Shown here piece after piece: positions 10,147-19,929 of a stretch of 64,000 nt of DNA. The notes beneath the pieces are model-generated. The model saw only the letters and a program-made list of their open reading frames with translations, was not told where the DNA came from and ran no database searches. The stretch is from NCBI GenBank assembly GCA_965205975.1, contig OZ242195.1:416001-480000 (forward strand), written 5' to 3'. Position numbers and translations under genes: made by a program. The DNA is from Candidatus Latescibacterota bacterium. GTDB taxonomy: Bacteria > Latescibacterota > UBA2968. Position 1 is the first letter of the stretch. Each line of letters starts with the position of its first letter.

Positions 10147-11181
10147 ATGTCCTCTTTCAAAACGCCTGAAGACATCAAAGTGGGTGTTATCGGCTACGGC
10201 GGCGCATTCAATATGGGCCGTCAGCATCTCACGTTTATGAAAAAGGCGGGTATGACGCCTGTTGCGGTTGCAGAACTCGACGAAAAGCGCTTGAAAGTCG
10301 CGCGCGAAGAATTTCCCGGTATTGAGACCTATACATCTGTGTCTGATATGCTGGAAAAATCCGATGTCAATCTCGTTGTGATCATCACTCCGCACAATAC
10401 CCATGCCGATCTGGCATTGCAATGTCTGCGCGCGGGGCGCCACGTTATCAGCGAAAAACCGCTGGCGATCACGACTGAAGAATGCGATGCGATGATCCGC
10501 GAAGCTGCAAAGCAAGATCTCCTTCTTTCTACCTATCACAACCGCCATTGGGATGGGTGTATCCTGAATGCTCTCGAACAAATTCACTCGCGCAAGGTTA
10601 TTGGCGAGGTCTATCGCATTGAAGCCCATATGGGGGGATATAATCGCCCGGGCGATTGGTGGCGTAGCAGCAAGAGCATTTCTGGGGGGATCCTCTACGA
10701 TTGGGGTGTTCATTTGCTCGAATATTCACTTCAGATTCTGCAATCGGATATTGTAGAGGTCACCGGGTTCGCGCACACCGGTTTCTGGGCTGATGAGACC
10801 CCCTGGCAGGCCGATACCAACGAAGACGAGGCCACGGCTATCGTGCGTTTCAAAAACGGGACATGGATCAATCTCACGATGTCGAGTATGGCATCTGTGC
10901 CTCGCAAGGGCTGGCTCGAGATTACAGGTACGGCCGGTACTTATATTTTTGATGGTGGGACGTACGAAATTTTACAGATAAAAGATGGGGAAAAGGTTGT
11001 TTCCTCTGGTAAAAATCCCGGTCACCAATACGATAAATACTACGATAATATTGCCGCGCATCTCTCGACGGGTGAAGATCTGATCATCACTCCCGAATGG
11101 TCCCGCCGCCCTATTCACATTCTGGACCTTGCCTGCAAAAGCGCAGCGATGGGACAAACGCTGAAGGCGAAGTACGCATAG
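10147..11181 (+). CDS. Gfo/Idh/MocA family oxidoreductase
   Basis: VGVIGYGG, ISEKP, GGILYDWGVH. Confidence 0.9.
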   Translation: MSSFKTPEDIKVGVIGYGGAFNMGRQHLTFMKKAGMTPVAVAELDEKRLKVAREEFPGIETYTSVSDMLEKSDVNLVVIITPHNTHADLALQCLRAGRHVISEKPLAITTEECDAMIREAAKQDLLLSTYHNRHWDGCILNALEQIHSRKVIGEVYRIEAHMGGYNRPGDWWRSSKSISGGILYDWGVHLLEYSLQILQSDIVEVTGFAHTGFWADETPWQADTNEDEATAIVRFKNGTWINLTMSSMASVPRKGWLEITGTAGTYIFDGGTYEILQIKDGEKVVSSGKNPGHQYDKYYDNIAAHLSTGEDLIITPEWSRRPIHILDLACKSAAMGQTLKAKYA

Positions 11182-11203
11182 TGCAGGTGTTGGCAAATAC
11201 ACA

Positions 11204-11257
11204 GAAAAAGCGGCCAATGTCTCTCGACAAAGGCCGCTTTCTTTTTTTGTTTTTTTG
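11204..11257. terminator. Intrinsic terminator between convergent genes, probably bidirectional
   Basis: AAAGCGGCC...GGCCGCTTT stem followed by a long T tract; A tract on the other side. Confidence 0.75.
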
Positions 11258-11259
11258 AG

Positions 11260-11982
11260 CTAAATGCCAATTCGCTTTGGGAATACTGTTACCCCCCAAT
11301 TCACGTACCGATCTCGCTCTTCAGGTGTCTCGGCACTCATGCCCACTTTTACAGGTGTGTCTTTTACCTGGTCGAGCACGTGTTTTACGCAGTCTTCCAC
11401 CGTCCGATATGGAAATTGGGGGTGCGCCTCTATGCTGAACATCAGGTCGTTTGGTCCAAAGTTCAATACATCCACCCCTGGTTTAGCCAACTGCGCGGCG
11501 TTGATTACAGCTTCGACAGATTCAATCTGAATTGCCAGCCATCCGTACGCATTCCACCATGCAGCGTATTCCAACCGGTCTGGCCGCTCGTCCAGTCCCA
11601 CTCTATGTACGCCTCCCCAACTGCGCTTGCCCATCTGGGGATAATAAAAGGCGTTTACGGCTTCATCTACAATTGCCTCGCTTTCTACTTCTGGCACCAT
11701 AATCCCCGAAGGTCCCAAATCGAGATAATTGCCGATCAGATAGGCGTGGCGGGTGTGCTTAATCCGAATCTGAACGGGTAAATTAAAATCCCGGGCCATG
11801 ATGCAGAAAGCCACCAGGTGGGCTTCGTTAAAAGGTCCGTGTTGTGCATCTACATTTAGATAGTCACATTCGTGTTGTGCCAGAATATCTGTTAGTTCTC
11901 CTTTTTCAATATCCATTGGCACGCCAATAGAATTTACAATTTCACCATTCCGAATCTGCTGTTTTAGCGTTTGTTCCGACAT
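11260..11982 (-). CDS. HpcH/HpaI aldolase family protein
   Basis: VDAQHG, GIMVPEV, IQIES, FGPNDL motifs. Confidence 0.85.
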   Translation of the reverse strand: MSEQTLKQQIRNGEIVNSIGVPMDIEKGELTDILAQHECDYLNVDAQHGPFNEAHLVAFCIMARDFNLPVQIRIKHTRHAYLIGNYLDLGPSGIMVPEVESEAIVDEAVNAFYYPQMGKRSWGGVHRVGLDERPDRLEYAAWWNAYGWLAIQIESVEAVINAAQLAKPGVDVLNFGPNDLMFSIEAHPQFPYRTVEDCVKHVLDQVKDTPVKVGMSAETPEERDRYVNWGVTVFPKRIGI

Positions 11983-11996
11983 GATACACCTCTTGT

Positions 11997-13100
11997 TCAG
12001 TCCAGGCTGTAGAGTTCCCTGGCATTCTCGGCCATAATTTGTTTTTTTACATTTCGGTCCGATACATGGCTCAATGCCTGATCCGGAGAGTCAAAATCCC
12101 AGTGCGGATAATCGGTCGCAAACATCAGTTTGTCGTCCATGTCCATGTGCGCCAGCATCTGCTCGAAATACGCCGGGTCTGAAGGTTCTTCTACAGGCTG
12201 TGTGGTCAGATAGAAATGGTCTTGGATATATTCCGAGGGCAGGCGCTTTAAATAGGGTACTTCCATCTTGAGTTTTCTGTACCAATTATCCATCCGCCAC
12301 ATCAAAGGTGCCACCCACCCAAAGCCGCCTTCGATCAGAACGATTTTCAAGTCGGGAAATCGCTCAAAGACGCCTTCGTACACATAGCTCGTTACCTGTG
12401 CCTGAAATGCCATGGGCATCCCGCCGTGATCCTGAATATAATGCGCCGCCTTGCCCGCGCCCGTAATTGGGCCAATACCCGTGCCACCAAAGTGAATGCC
12501 GACGGGGAGGTCGTAGTCAACGGCTGCTTCGTAAATTTTCCAGTATTTACGGCGGCCCAACGGTTCCATTGTGCGGGCCATGAACATCAGTTGTACAAAT
12601 CCCGGGTGATCGCCCAGGCGTTCAATTTCAGCGACGGCGAGATCGGCGTCTTCATACGCGACAGTGAGGGATGCGCGCAACCGCTCATCTTTTTCCAGCC
12701 ATTCGGCTATTTGCCATTCATTTACCGCCTGTGCAATCGCAGCTCCGTATTCCAGGTTTTGCTGTCCCCCAGCAGGCGATAGCGGGTTCAATATGCCGTA
12801 GTCCATTTCCCAGGTATCCAGCAATTGTTCCTGCATAAAGCCCAGATGTGACCCAGGGGGTCCTTCGGGGGGGAATGCATCATTTCGCGCGGCAAAGGGC
12901 ACAGCTCTCGGACAATTGGACCCGGATCGTCTGCGCCCTGCAATGCTCAAATGATAATCCTTCCAGGCACTGGGCATATAATCTACCCAGACCTCAGTGG
13001 CGGGAGATTGGTATCCATCTACATTGTGAATATCGCAATCGATTACCGATAGCTTTTCTCTTTTTTTGATCTCTGGCTCTTCTAAGATCGTCATTGCCAT
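11997..13100 (-). CDS. Amidohydrolase_2 family protein (second gene of tandem pair)
   Basis: IDCDIH, GIHFGG, VLIEGG, FATDYPHWDFD. Confidence 0.85.
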   Translation of the reverse strand: MAMTILEEPEIKKREKLSVIDCDIHNVDGYQSPATEVWVDYMPSAWKDYHLSIAGRRRSGSNCPRAVPFAARNDAFPPEGPPGSHLGFMQEQLLDTWEMDYGILNPLSPAGGQQNLEYGAAIAQAVNEWQIAEWLEKDERLRASLTVAYEDADLAVAEIERLGDHPGFVQLMFMARTMEPLGRRKYWKIYEAAVDYDLPVGIHFGGTGIGPITGAGKAAHYIQDHGGMPMAFQAQVTSYVYEGVFERFPDLKIVLIEGGFGWVAPLMWRMDNWYRKLKMEVPYLKRLPSEYIQDHFYLTTQPVEEPSDPAYFEQMLAHMDMDDKLMFATDYPHWDFDSPDQALSHVSDRNVKKQIMAENARELYSLD

Positions 13101-13112
13101 ATCGATATCTCC

Positions 13113-14180
13113 TCACAATTTGTAAAACGCGCGTGCATTTTCTCTCAAAATTTTTTCCAGTAGCGAATCGGACAGCCCTTTTGGAATGGCATCATCCGGC
13201 CCGTCAAAATGCCAGTGCGGATAATCGGTCGAAAACATCAGTATTTCATCCGAGTCCAGTTGTCCAATCATTTGCAACAGGTGTTCGGAATTTACGGGCG
13301 CGTCCATCGGTTGTAGTGTCATTCGGATGTGTTCTCGCACGTAGTCAGATGGCGGTCGCACGACCCAGGGGGTGTCTCGGCGCAGACCTTTCCACTCTTT
13401 GTCCATGCGCCACATCCAGGCAGGCATCCAGACAAATCCACTTTCGATTAATACCACCCGCAATTCGGGAAACCGCGCAAACGCGCCTTCTGAGATCAGG
13501 CTCAGGACTTGTGCCTGAAAAATCTGCGCCATATCGGCACATTCTTCAATATAGGTCGAAGGCCAGCCCACGGGTGTGGGAGGGAGCGATGAAGCACCGC
13601 CAAAATGAATGCCAATTGCCAGATCGTGCTTTACTGCAGCGGCGTACATCGGATTGTATTCGCTTTTTCCATATAGAGAATAGGATCGGACCGGGAGTAT
13701 TACCTGTACGAAGCCGGGATGATCGCCAAAGCGTTCAATTTCTCGCGCGGCGAGGATGGGATTCTGGCTGGGTACGACCAATGAGGCGCGGAGACGCGCG
13801 TCTTTCTCCAGCCAGTGATCAATCTGCCACTGGTTGACCGCTGTTGCAAGCGATGCTGCGAGGTCTTCGTTATGCACGCTTTGCACCCAGTAGCCACAGG
13901 TCAAAATCCCCACTTCCACGTCCCAGGGATCGAGTACCTGTTTTTGCATTAGTTCCAGATTGGAACCGGGAGGACCATTTGCGGGCCGAGTGCCTTGCCG
14001 CGCAGATGTGGGTGCGCCACCTGGATAATCATTCGCGCCGGGACCTCTAAAATGGGATTCGCGAATATACGCGACCCAGTGGTCTTCCAGATAAGGGACA
14101 AGGGTTTCCAATGAGGCAAACGCATTGTGAATGTCGCAATCGATAACGGGACGGCCAAGGCCTGTAAAATCAGCGGTCAT
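13113..14180 (-). CDS. Amidohydrolase_2 family protein (first gene of tandem pair)
   Basis: IDCDIH, GIHFGG, VLIESG, FSTDYPHWHFD; paralog of the neighbour. Confidence 0.85.
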   Translation of the reverse strand: MTADFTGLGRPVIDCDIHNAFASLETLVPYLEDHWVAYIRESHFRGPGANDYPGGAPTSARQGTRPANGPPGSNLELMQKQVLDPWDVEVGILTCGYWVQSVHNEDLAASLATAVNQWQIDHWLEKDARLRASLVVPSQNPILAAREIERFGDHPGFVQVILPVRSYSLYGKSEYNPMYAAAVKHDLAIGIHFGGASSLPPTPVGWPSTYIEECADMAQIFQAQVLSLISEGAFARFPELRVVLIESGFVWMPAWMWRMDKEWKGLRRDTPWVVRPPSDYVREHIRMTLQPMDAPVNSEHLLQMIGQLDSDEILMFSTDYPHWHFDGPDDAIPKGLSDSLLEKILRENARAFYKL

Positions 14181-14254
14181 TCTTGCTCCAGCAGAGTGTC
14201 GATCTCGCGGGCGAGGGTTGGTAGATTAGTCTGAATTACATCCCAAACCAGCCG
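14177..14254 (-). pseudogene. 3' remnant of a DUF86/HepT (HEPN RNase) toxin gene
   Basis: Minus-strand frame reads RLVWDVIQTNLPTLAREIDTLLEQE*, a typical DUF86 C-terminus, directly behind an MNT gene. No start codon or N-terminal part. Confidence 0.7.
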
Positions 14255-14555
14255 AATAAATCAGCCTCTTGGTCTTCTCAATAGATTGTCGGAAGTACGG
14301 GTTCTTGATGGCTGAACCAACCACCAGATCCACGGGTTTTCCAAAGAGCCGTTCCAGGGCTTCCAGCAGACCAAAGTAAGTGTCGGCATAAGTACCGTCC
14401 GGTAATGGTTGAAATTCCACTACAAAATCAAGGTCGCTTTCCTTTGGTCGGTATCGACTGGTTGCGGCCGATCCGAACAGGTCAAGTCTAAGCACATTGT
14501 AACGGAGACACAATTGCTCGAGTTCGGCGGCTTGCTCGCCAACGATTGAAGTCAT
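14226..14555 (-). CDS. Minimal nucleotidyltransferase (MNT/MntA-type antitoxin)
   Basis: LFGSA, SDLDFVVEF, VDLV, IKNPYF. Start at ATG 14555. The last residues (SAGLGCNSD) derive from read-through into the toxin remnant. Confidence 0.85.
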   Translation of the reverse strand: MTSIVGEQAAELEQLCLRYNVLRLDLFGSAATSRYRPKESDLDFVVEFQPLPDGTYADTYFGLLEALERLFGKPVDLVVGSAIKNPYFRQSIEKTKRLIYSAGLGCNSD

Positions 14556-14676
14556 TATCAGACCTCTTGATTCTGGTGAAGTATAAAATACTGCACCTAC
14601 AATCACTTTATCATCAGTGGACGACAAAAATAGACGGACACACATTATTCGACTGTTGGTGGCGTGTCGGTAGTTC

Positions 14677-16434
14677 TTACACCTTTTTATGATCCCAATA
14701 GTCCAAAGCAAATTCTAAAATTTTTTCTTGTCTTTTCTGGATTGAAATATTATCCCATCGTCCCGTTTCTTGGTTGAGGAAATCGATCAACTCATTTTGC
14801 GTCTTAAGCGGGGCTTTGCGGAAATAATTTTGATTTTTGTACTCGAAGGGATGATTCAACTTGCTGCTATTCGCAGATTTCGGATCAATTGTCAAATTTC
14901 CGATGGCATGGAGATATTCCTCCTGAAAATCTTTGTTCATCTCTGGCAGAATTGATTCAGAGCCTCCTACAGTAACCTTGTTCTCTTTAGGATTTTGTGG
15001 GATGATATGCTCAATTGAGAACTTTGTCCGCGAATCGCGGTTATTAAATTCATCGTGGGACATTTCAGAAAAGATCGGATGCTCTTTCGCTCTGAGATGA
15101 TTCTCGTATTTCCAGAAGAGATAATTCTTGTCATTACTGCCTATCTCATTGTAAAAGTTGGGCGACGAAAGATAGCGACGAAATGCATCATTATTGCAGT
15201 ACCAGTCAACAAACTGTTTGAGTTTATTGATCAGTTCTTCGAAATTCCCATTAAAGTCCCTGGTCCATCTATACAGAGACTCACGCCCCGTAGTTGAGCG
15301 GCGTCTCCGAATACCGAAGATACGGAAGCAAATAATCTCAACCAATTGAGCAACCCGTTTGAAATTTTGCTTCCCAACCGCCCCATCAAGTTTGTAGGCT
15401 TTAATAAGCAAAGGATAAAATAGTGCTGGACGATTGAGGGCAAAAATATCGAGAAGATGGGGGTCTCTATCCCAAAGTAACTCCTTCATAGTTACAAAGC
15501 TCTCCTTTAATTCTCGGCCGTACCTGTCTATGAAATCCCTTGCCTCCGATCTATTGTTATTGACCAGTTTGTTCACCTCATTCTTGAGAGCTTGAACATA
15601 GTTCTGATATTCACTTTTGTGATTCCATTTTTCAAAAGCGATGAAGTGGTACTGCAAAATTGAATTTTCATCATCTATCCGATTTCTAATTGTCTCATAA
15701 TCGCGGTAGATTTCCCCAAACCAATTTTGGATGGTATCGAGATGGTCTTCAGGATTGCCAGATACCAAGTAGGTCTTGTACATCAAAAAACTCTTGGTTT
15801 TCTCCAGATTGGTCAGCGATTTTCCTCGATCATTGGTTGTCTCAAAGATCAGGGTTGCCTCAGCAGCATCTTCAACTGAATAGGTCAAGACCTTGGTGCG
15901 CTCAATTTTTTCCTTAAACTCCCGCAAGGTTTCAAGCTTGTAGTTTTCAAGTCGTTGACGAAGGTAATTTTTTGCCTTACGTAGCCGTTCTTGAGAAGGC
16001 GTTCGCACATTGCCATTGGAGAGCGGGTTATCCCCCAATATATAGGATTTGAAGAAGTCGTTATCGTCCTGTAAAACGCGGAGTTTGTGCTTGCCGTAAA
16101 GACAAATATATCTGTCTTCCAGTCTCCTAATCTCGATCTCTTTGCCATCTCTTTTAAGTTGATCGCGAAGTAGTTTCATAAAAATGATGAGCGTTGTGAT
16201 GCGCTGTTGTCCATCTACAATGTCAATGTTTTCAAAATCATCCGAAATTTCCTTTTTTTCTTGAAAAAGGATAGTACCAAAAAAGTAATCCTTGTCTAAT
16301 TTTTGATTTTCTATGTCATCGACAAAGTCTTCGAGGTGCTCTTTTTCCCAAGCGTAAGCTCGCTGATACTTTGGGATGTTAAAAATTTTACTGCCCTCGA
16401 ACAACTCTCTGATCGTTTTTTGTCCATTTTCCAA
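14677..16434 (-). CDS. DUF262 + DUF1524 protein (GmrSD/SspE-like nuclease)
   Basis: IPKYQRAYAW, VDGQQRITT, FETTNDRG, HNH-like SIEHIIPQ...IGNLT. TTG start with AGGAGG RBS; visibly AT-richer than flanks. Confidence 0.9.
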   Translation of the reverse strand: MENGQKTIRELFEGSKIFNIPKYQRAYAWEKEHLEDFVDDIENQKLDKDYFFGTILFQEKKEISDDFENIDIVDGQQRITTLIIFMKLLRDQLKRDGKEIEIRRLEDRYICLYGKHKLRVLQDDNDFFKSYILGDNPLSNGNVRTPSQERLRKAKNYLRQRLENYKLETLREFKEKIERTKVLTYSVEDAAEATLIFETTNDRGKSLTNLEKTKSFLMYKTYLVSGNPEDHLDTIQNWFGEIYRDYETIRNRIDDENSILQYHFIAFEKWNHKSEYQNYVQALKNEVNKLVNNNRSEARDFIDRYGRELKESFVTMKELLWDRDPHLLDIFALNRPALFYPLLIKAYKLDGAVGKQNFKRVAQLVEIICFRIFGIRRRRSTTGRESLYRWTRDFNGNFEELINKLKQFVDWYCNNDAFRRYLSSPNFYNEIGSNDKNYLFWKYENHLRAKEHPIFSEMSHDEFNNRDSRTKFSIEHIIPQNPKENKVTVGGSESILPEMNKDFQEEYLHAIGNLTIDPKSANSSKLNHPFEYKNQNYFRKAPLKTQNELIDFLNQETGRWDNISIQKRQEKILEFALDYWDHKKV

Positions 16435-16508
16435 AAGATACCTCCTTTTAATTGGTTTGGTACTCTCGTAATCCAGTCAATTGGGAAATCACAGTGAGCA
16501 CATCTTCC

Positions 16509-16550
16509 CACTTTTCACTTTTCACTTTTCACTTTTCACTTTTCACTTCT
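16509..16550. repeat. Heptamer tandem repeat (CACTTTT)x5 plus one degenerate copy
   Basis: Read directly; contains the stop codon of the esterase gene. Confidence 0.95.
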
Positions 16551-18190
16551 CCCTTCTCTTTTCGTCCGTGTGCGTCAAAAAAATCAAAAATGGAGGGCAG
16601 TGCTATATACCATATCGTGTTGTGAGTAGCGTCGGGATATTCGGTATAGGTGAAATTTGTCATATACTTTGCCAGCAGTTTTGCGGTGCGTCGAGCGGGT
16701 TCTGCCAGCGCGACCATATCCTTTGCCCCTTGTGAAAATAGCACGGGTAGATCGGCATGCGGTTTGACGTGTCTCGATCTTACCCACCGCCCGCTGGCCG
16801 CGATTGGCGCGATGGCGGCAAATTTTTCGGCATGTCTCAATCCCAGAATCCAGGTGCCGCCTCCGCCCATCGAATGACCGGTGAGGTACACGCGCTCTGG
16901 ATCGATATTGTAGATGGACAATACGCGATCCAATACATCCATGACATCTTGCCCGCCAATCCTGCGATACCCTGTGAAAGGTCCCCGTCCGCTCGGCGCG
17001 ACAAATAAATATCCGCGTTCTTGTGATAGGTGCTTGCACAGGTTCTCTGTTTCGCCTCTTCTGCGCCGGTCCAACCAGGTGTTTTCACTGCCAGAAGCTC
17101 CGTGAAGGCCAATGATCAGTGGCCATGATTGATCCGGTGTATATCCCTCTGGCACAAATATGCGGTAGGGTACGAGTTGGCTGTCAACTGCTGATTGATA
17201 CGCGAGGTGAAAGTCGCCAGTGCTTTTCTTCAGGGGGGCTTTTCCCGCCAAAAGTGCCGAAGATAGGGTTTCGGCGAGGTCGATGTCCGCCGGTATGTTA
17301 ATCGCGCCGCGCCAGGTCAATCCTCTGCCACCACCGCGGTATTTCATGACCATAGGTTGTGCGGTTCGCCTGAGGTCTCCCACATATTTGGCGTGCATTT
17401 CCTCGAGGTGTGTGACGATATATTCAATTGTTTCAACGGCTGCCCGCTGGGTCGCACCACGGGAAGCGATATTCTCACTCTGCAAGGTTTTTAGCCGCGT
17501 TTGCAAAATTTTCAGGCGTGAAGACATCGCATCTGTGTGCCAAAAAGCCCGTGTGACTCTCAGTAGAAGTTTGCCCGATGGATCGCGCAATTCATAGCGC
17601 ACGCCTGCACGTCCTTCGGGCAAGCCCGTTGTTGATAAGGCGCAAGTGAAAGCGCGGATAGACGATATTGGTAGTGTGCGCTCGTCAACCACACCCTTCG
17701 TCCCGCGCAGCGATAGCCGCGCTGTATATTTGCCTGAAAGCGGCTGTCCCAGGGTGAAGAGGGGTTTTAGTTGCACCTGAAGCGTGTCGCCCGTGTTTGT
17801 GATGGTGCGATTTAAGACCAGGTTGTAGCTTGCGGCGAGTTCTGTACCTTCGCTATAGCTACTGTCTCGCGTCATTGCCATAAATCGTATAAACAGGCGA
17901 TAGGCGCGATAGTTGTCTTTTTTGTCGAAAGCAGCAAAAGCTGAATCCGATAGTGCCTGGAGATCGGGTGGTACGCCCTCATCTGTTGCTTTCAGGCGAT
18001 TCAACGTAGAGCGCGTGACCACTGTAAATGCGCGGGCATCTTCCCAGGTGATATCGCCGAGTTGCTCGCCTTCGAGCAGGGTGATAGGAGGCTGGGCATA
18101 GCCTCTCACACAGGTTCCTATTATACAGCACAGGAATATGCCGCATATTGAGGTGTACTTAAAAAGAAGATGTGGGAAAGAGATGGGCAT
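16529..18190 (-). CDS. Secreted alpha/beta-hydrolase (esterase/peptidase) with N-terminal extension
   Basis: Signal-peptide-like N-terminus from ATG 18190 (AAGGAG RBS); PLIIGLHG, GHSMGG nucleophile elbow, Asp (KDMV) and His (ATHN). Confidence 0.8.
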   Translation of the reverse strand: MPISFPHLLFKYTSICGIFLCCIIGTCVRGYAQPPITLLEGEQLGDITWEDARAFTVVTRSTLNRLKATDEGVPPDLQALSDSAFAAFDKKDNYRAYRLFIRFMAMTRDSSYSEGTELAASYNLVLNRTITNTGDTLQVQLKPLFTLGQPLSGKYTARLSLRGTKGVVDERTLPISSIRAFTCALSTTGLPEGRAGVRYELRDPSGKLLLRVTRAFWHTDAMSSRLKILQTRLKTLQSENIASRGATQRAAVETIEYIVTHLEEMHAKYVGDLRRTAQPMVMKYRGGGRGLTWRGAINIPADIDLAETLSSALLAGKAPLKKSTGDFHLAYQSAVDSQLVPYRIFVPEGYTPDQSWPLIIGLHGASGSENTWLDRRRRGETENLCKHLSQERGYLFVAPSGRGPFTGYRRIGGQDVMDVLDRVLSIYNIDPERVYLTGHSMGGGGTWILGLRHAEKFAAIAPIAASGRWVRSRHVKPHADLPVLFSQGAKDMVALAEPARRTAKLLAKYMTNFTYTEYPDATHNTIWYIALPSIFDFFDAHGRKEKGEVKSEK

Positions 18191-18375
18191 AAGTGTCTCC
18201 TTTTTATCAATCAAAGGAGTGATGTACAACTGCGATAGCAGTTCATCATTTGACAAAATAAGTTCCCACGGGGAAAAACGCAAGGCTAAGGAACAATTCC
18301 GACTTGTGCGATGCAGAATACCACTTTATCATGATCTGTCACTACTATTGCCAATCTTATGCAAAGGATGAAATC

Positions 18376-19905
18376 ATGACTTCTACTGTTCGCAAATCCA
18401 TTGTCGCCCTGCTGTTATTGTTTCCCTGTCCCATTCTCGCAGATGTTTCTCTGCCCGCGATTTTTTCAGATAATATGGTGTTGCAGCAGCAGACTGCAAT
18501 ATCCGTGTGGGGAAATGCCAGTGCGAATGAGGATATTACTATTGAGTTAGATACCCAGCGCGTGACGATCACAGCAGATGCGGGGGGTACGTGGCAGATT
18601 CACCTGGGTCCTATGGAAGCGGGAGGCCCGTATGAACTCACCGTGCGCGGCGAGAATGTCGTCACTTTTAGCAATGTGATGGTGGGGGAAGTCTGGATCT
18701 GCTCGGGACAATCCAATATGGCCTGGCTCGTCAGACGTTCTCAAAATGCGGAGGAGGAGATCAAAGCGGCAGATTATCCCAATATCAGGCTTTTTACGGT
18801 CAAACGCAGTGCCGCGCAAAGGCCCGCACAAGATGTTGAGGGCACATGGAGTGTATGCGATACGGGTAGTGTCGGCAATTTTTCTGCAGTGGCCTATTAT
18901 TTTGGACGCCGTTTGCACAAGACCTTGAATGTGCCCATTGGTCTTATCAATACATCCTGGGGTGGTACACCGGCTGAAGCCTGGACTTCATTGCCCGCGC
19001 TTCAAGTCATACCGGAGTATGCGCCGCTGGGCAAACGCTGGGCAGAACACATCGCCGCTTATCCAGAAGCACAGAAGAGATTTCAAGCCAGACTCGCTGT
19101 ATGGCGTGCAAATACCGATAGCTTGCGTGCTCTGGGGCAACGCCGCCCGCGAGCACCGCGCGGTCCGAACCATCCCCATCGCCCGTCTGTGCTCTACAAT
19201 GGGATGATCGCACCTCTCGTTCCATATCCCATTCGCGGTGCGATCTGGTATCAGGGGGAATCAAATGCTGGTCGTGCGTATCAATATCGCGCGTTGTTTC
19301 CGGCGATGATTCAGAACTGGCGTTCGAGTTGGGGGCAGGGTGCGTTTCCGTTTTTCTTTGTACAGCTTGCCAATTTTAGACAGGTAAAGGAAAATCCCGA
19401 GGATAGTGCCTGGGCTGAATTGCGCGAGGCGCAATTGATGACGCTTTCATTGCCAAATACCGGTATGGCTGTGGCGATTGATATTGGAGAGGCAGACGAT
19501 ATTCATCCGAAAAATAAACAGGATGTTGGCTTGCGTCTGGCTCTGGGTGCAGAATCTATGGTCTATGGTATGGATCAACCGCATTCTGGTCCTATGTATC
19601 GGTCTATGGCGGTTGAAGAAGACAAAATTCGCCTGCAATTTGATCACGCATACAGTGGCTTAAAAGCAAAGGGCGACATGCTCAAAGGTTTTGCGATTGC
19701 CGGGCAAGATAGCAAATTCGTTTGGGCAGAGGCAAAGATTGATGGCAACGATGTGCTGGTCTGGAGCAAAGATATTCAGCAACCCGTTGCAGTGAGATAC
19801 GCATGGGCAGATAATCCAGTTTGCAATTTGTACAATGGGGCAGATTTGCCAGCATCGCCATTTCGCACGGATGACTGGCGCGGTATCACCGCTGACCGGC
19901 AGTAA
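18376..19905 (+). CDS. Sialate O-acetylesterase family (SASA/DUF303, SGNH) protein, secreted
   Basis: FSDNMVLQ, CSGQSNM, WYQGESN, DIHP, LPASPFRTD. Confidence 0.9.
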   Translation: MTSTVRKSIVALLLLFPCPILADVSLPAIFSDNMVLQQQTAISVWGNASANEDITIELDTQRVTITADAGGTWQIHLGPMEAGGPYELTVRGENVVTFSNVMVGEVWICSGQSNMAWLVRRSQNAEEEIKAADYPNIRLFTVKRSAAQRPAQDVEGTWSVCDTGSVGNFSAVAYYFGRRLHKTLNVPIGLINTSWGGTPAEAWTSLPALQVIPEYAPLGKRWAEHIAAYPEAQKRFQARLAVWRANTDSLRALGQRRPRAPRGPNHPHRPSVLYNGMIAPLVPYPIRGAIWYQGESNAGRAYQYRALFPAMIQNWRSSWGQGAFPFFFVQLANFRQVKENPEDSAWAELREAQLMTLSLPNTGMAVAIDIGEADDIHPKNKQDVGLRLALGAESMVYGMDQPHSGPMYRSMAVEEDKIRLQFDHAYSGLKAKGDMLKGFAIAGQDSKFVWAEAKIDGNDVLVWSKDIQQPVAVRYAWADNPVCNLYNGADLPASPFRTDDWRGITADRQ

Positions 19906-19929
19906 GTCCCCCTTTCACAGGAGATTCAA

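Noticed and set aside
14556..14711. N-terminal extension of the MNT ORF (similarly the extended starts at 8690, 18283, 18304, 46277, 48053, 50208, 52893)
   Set aside because: The extensions overlap neighbours or promoters and lack family similarity; downstream ATGs match family N-termini and mostly have an RBS.
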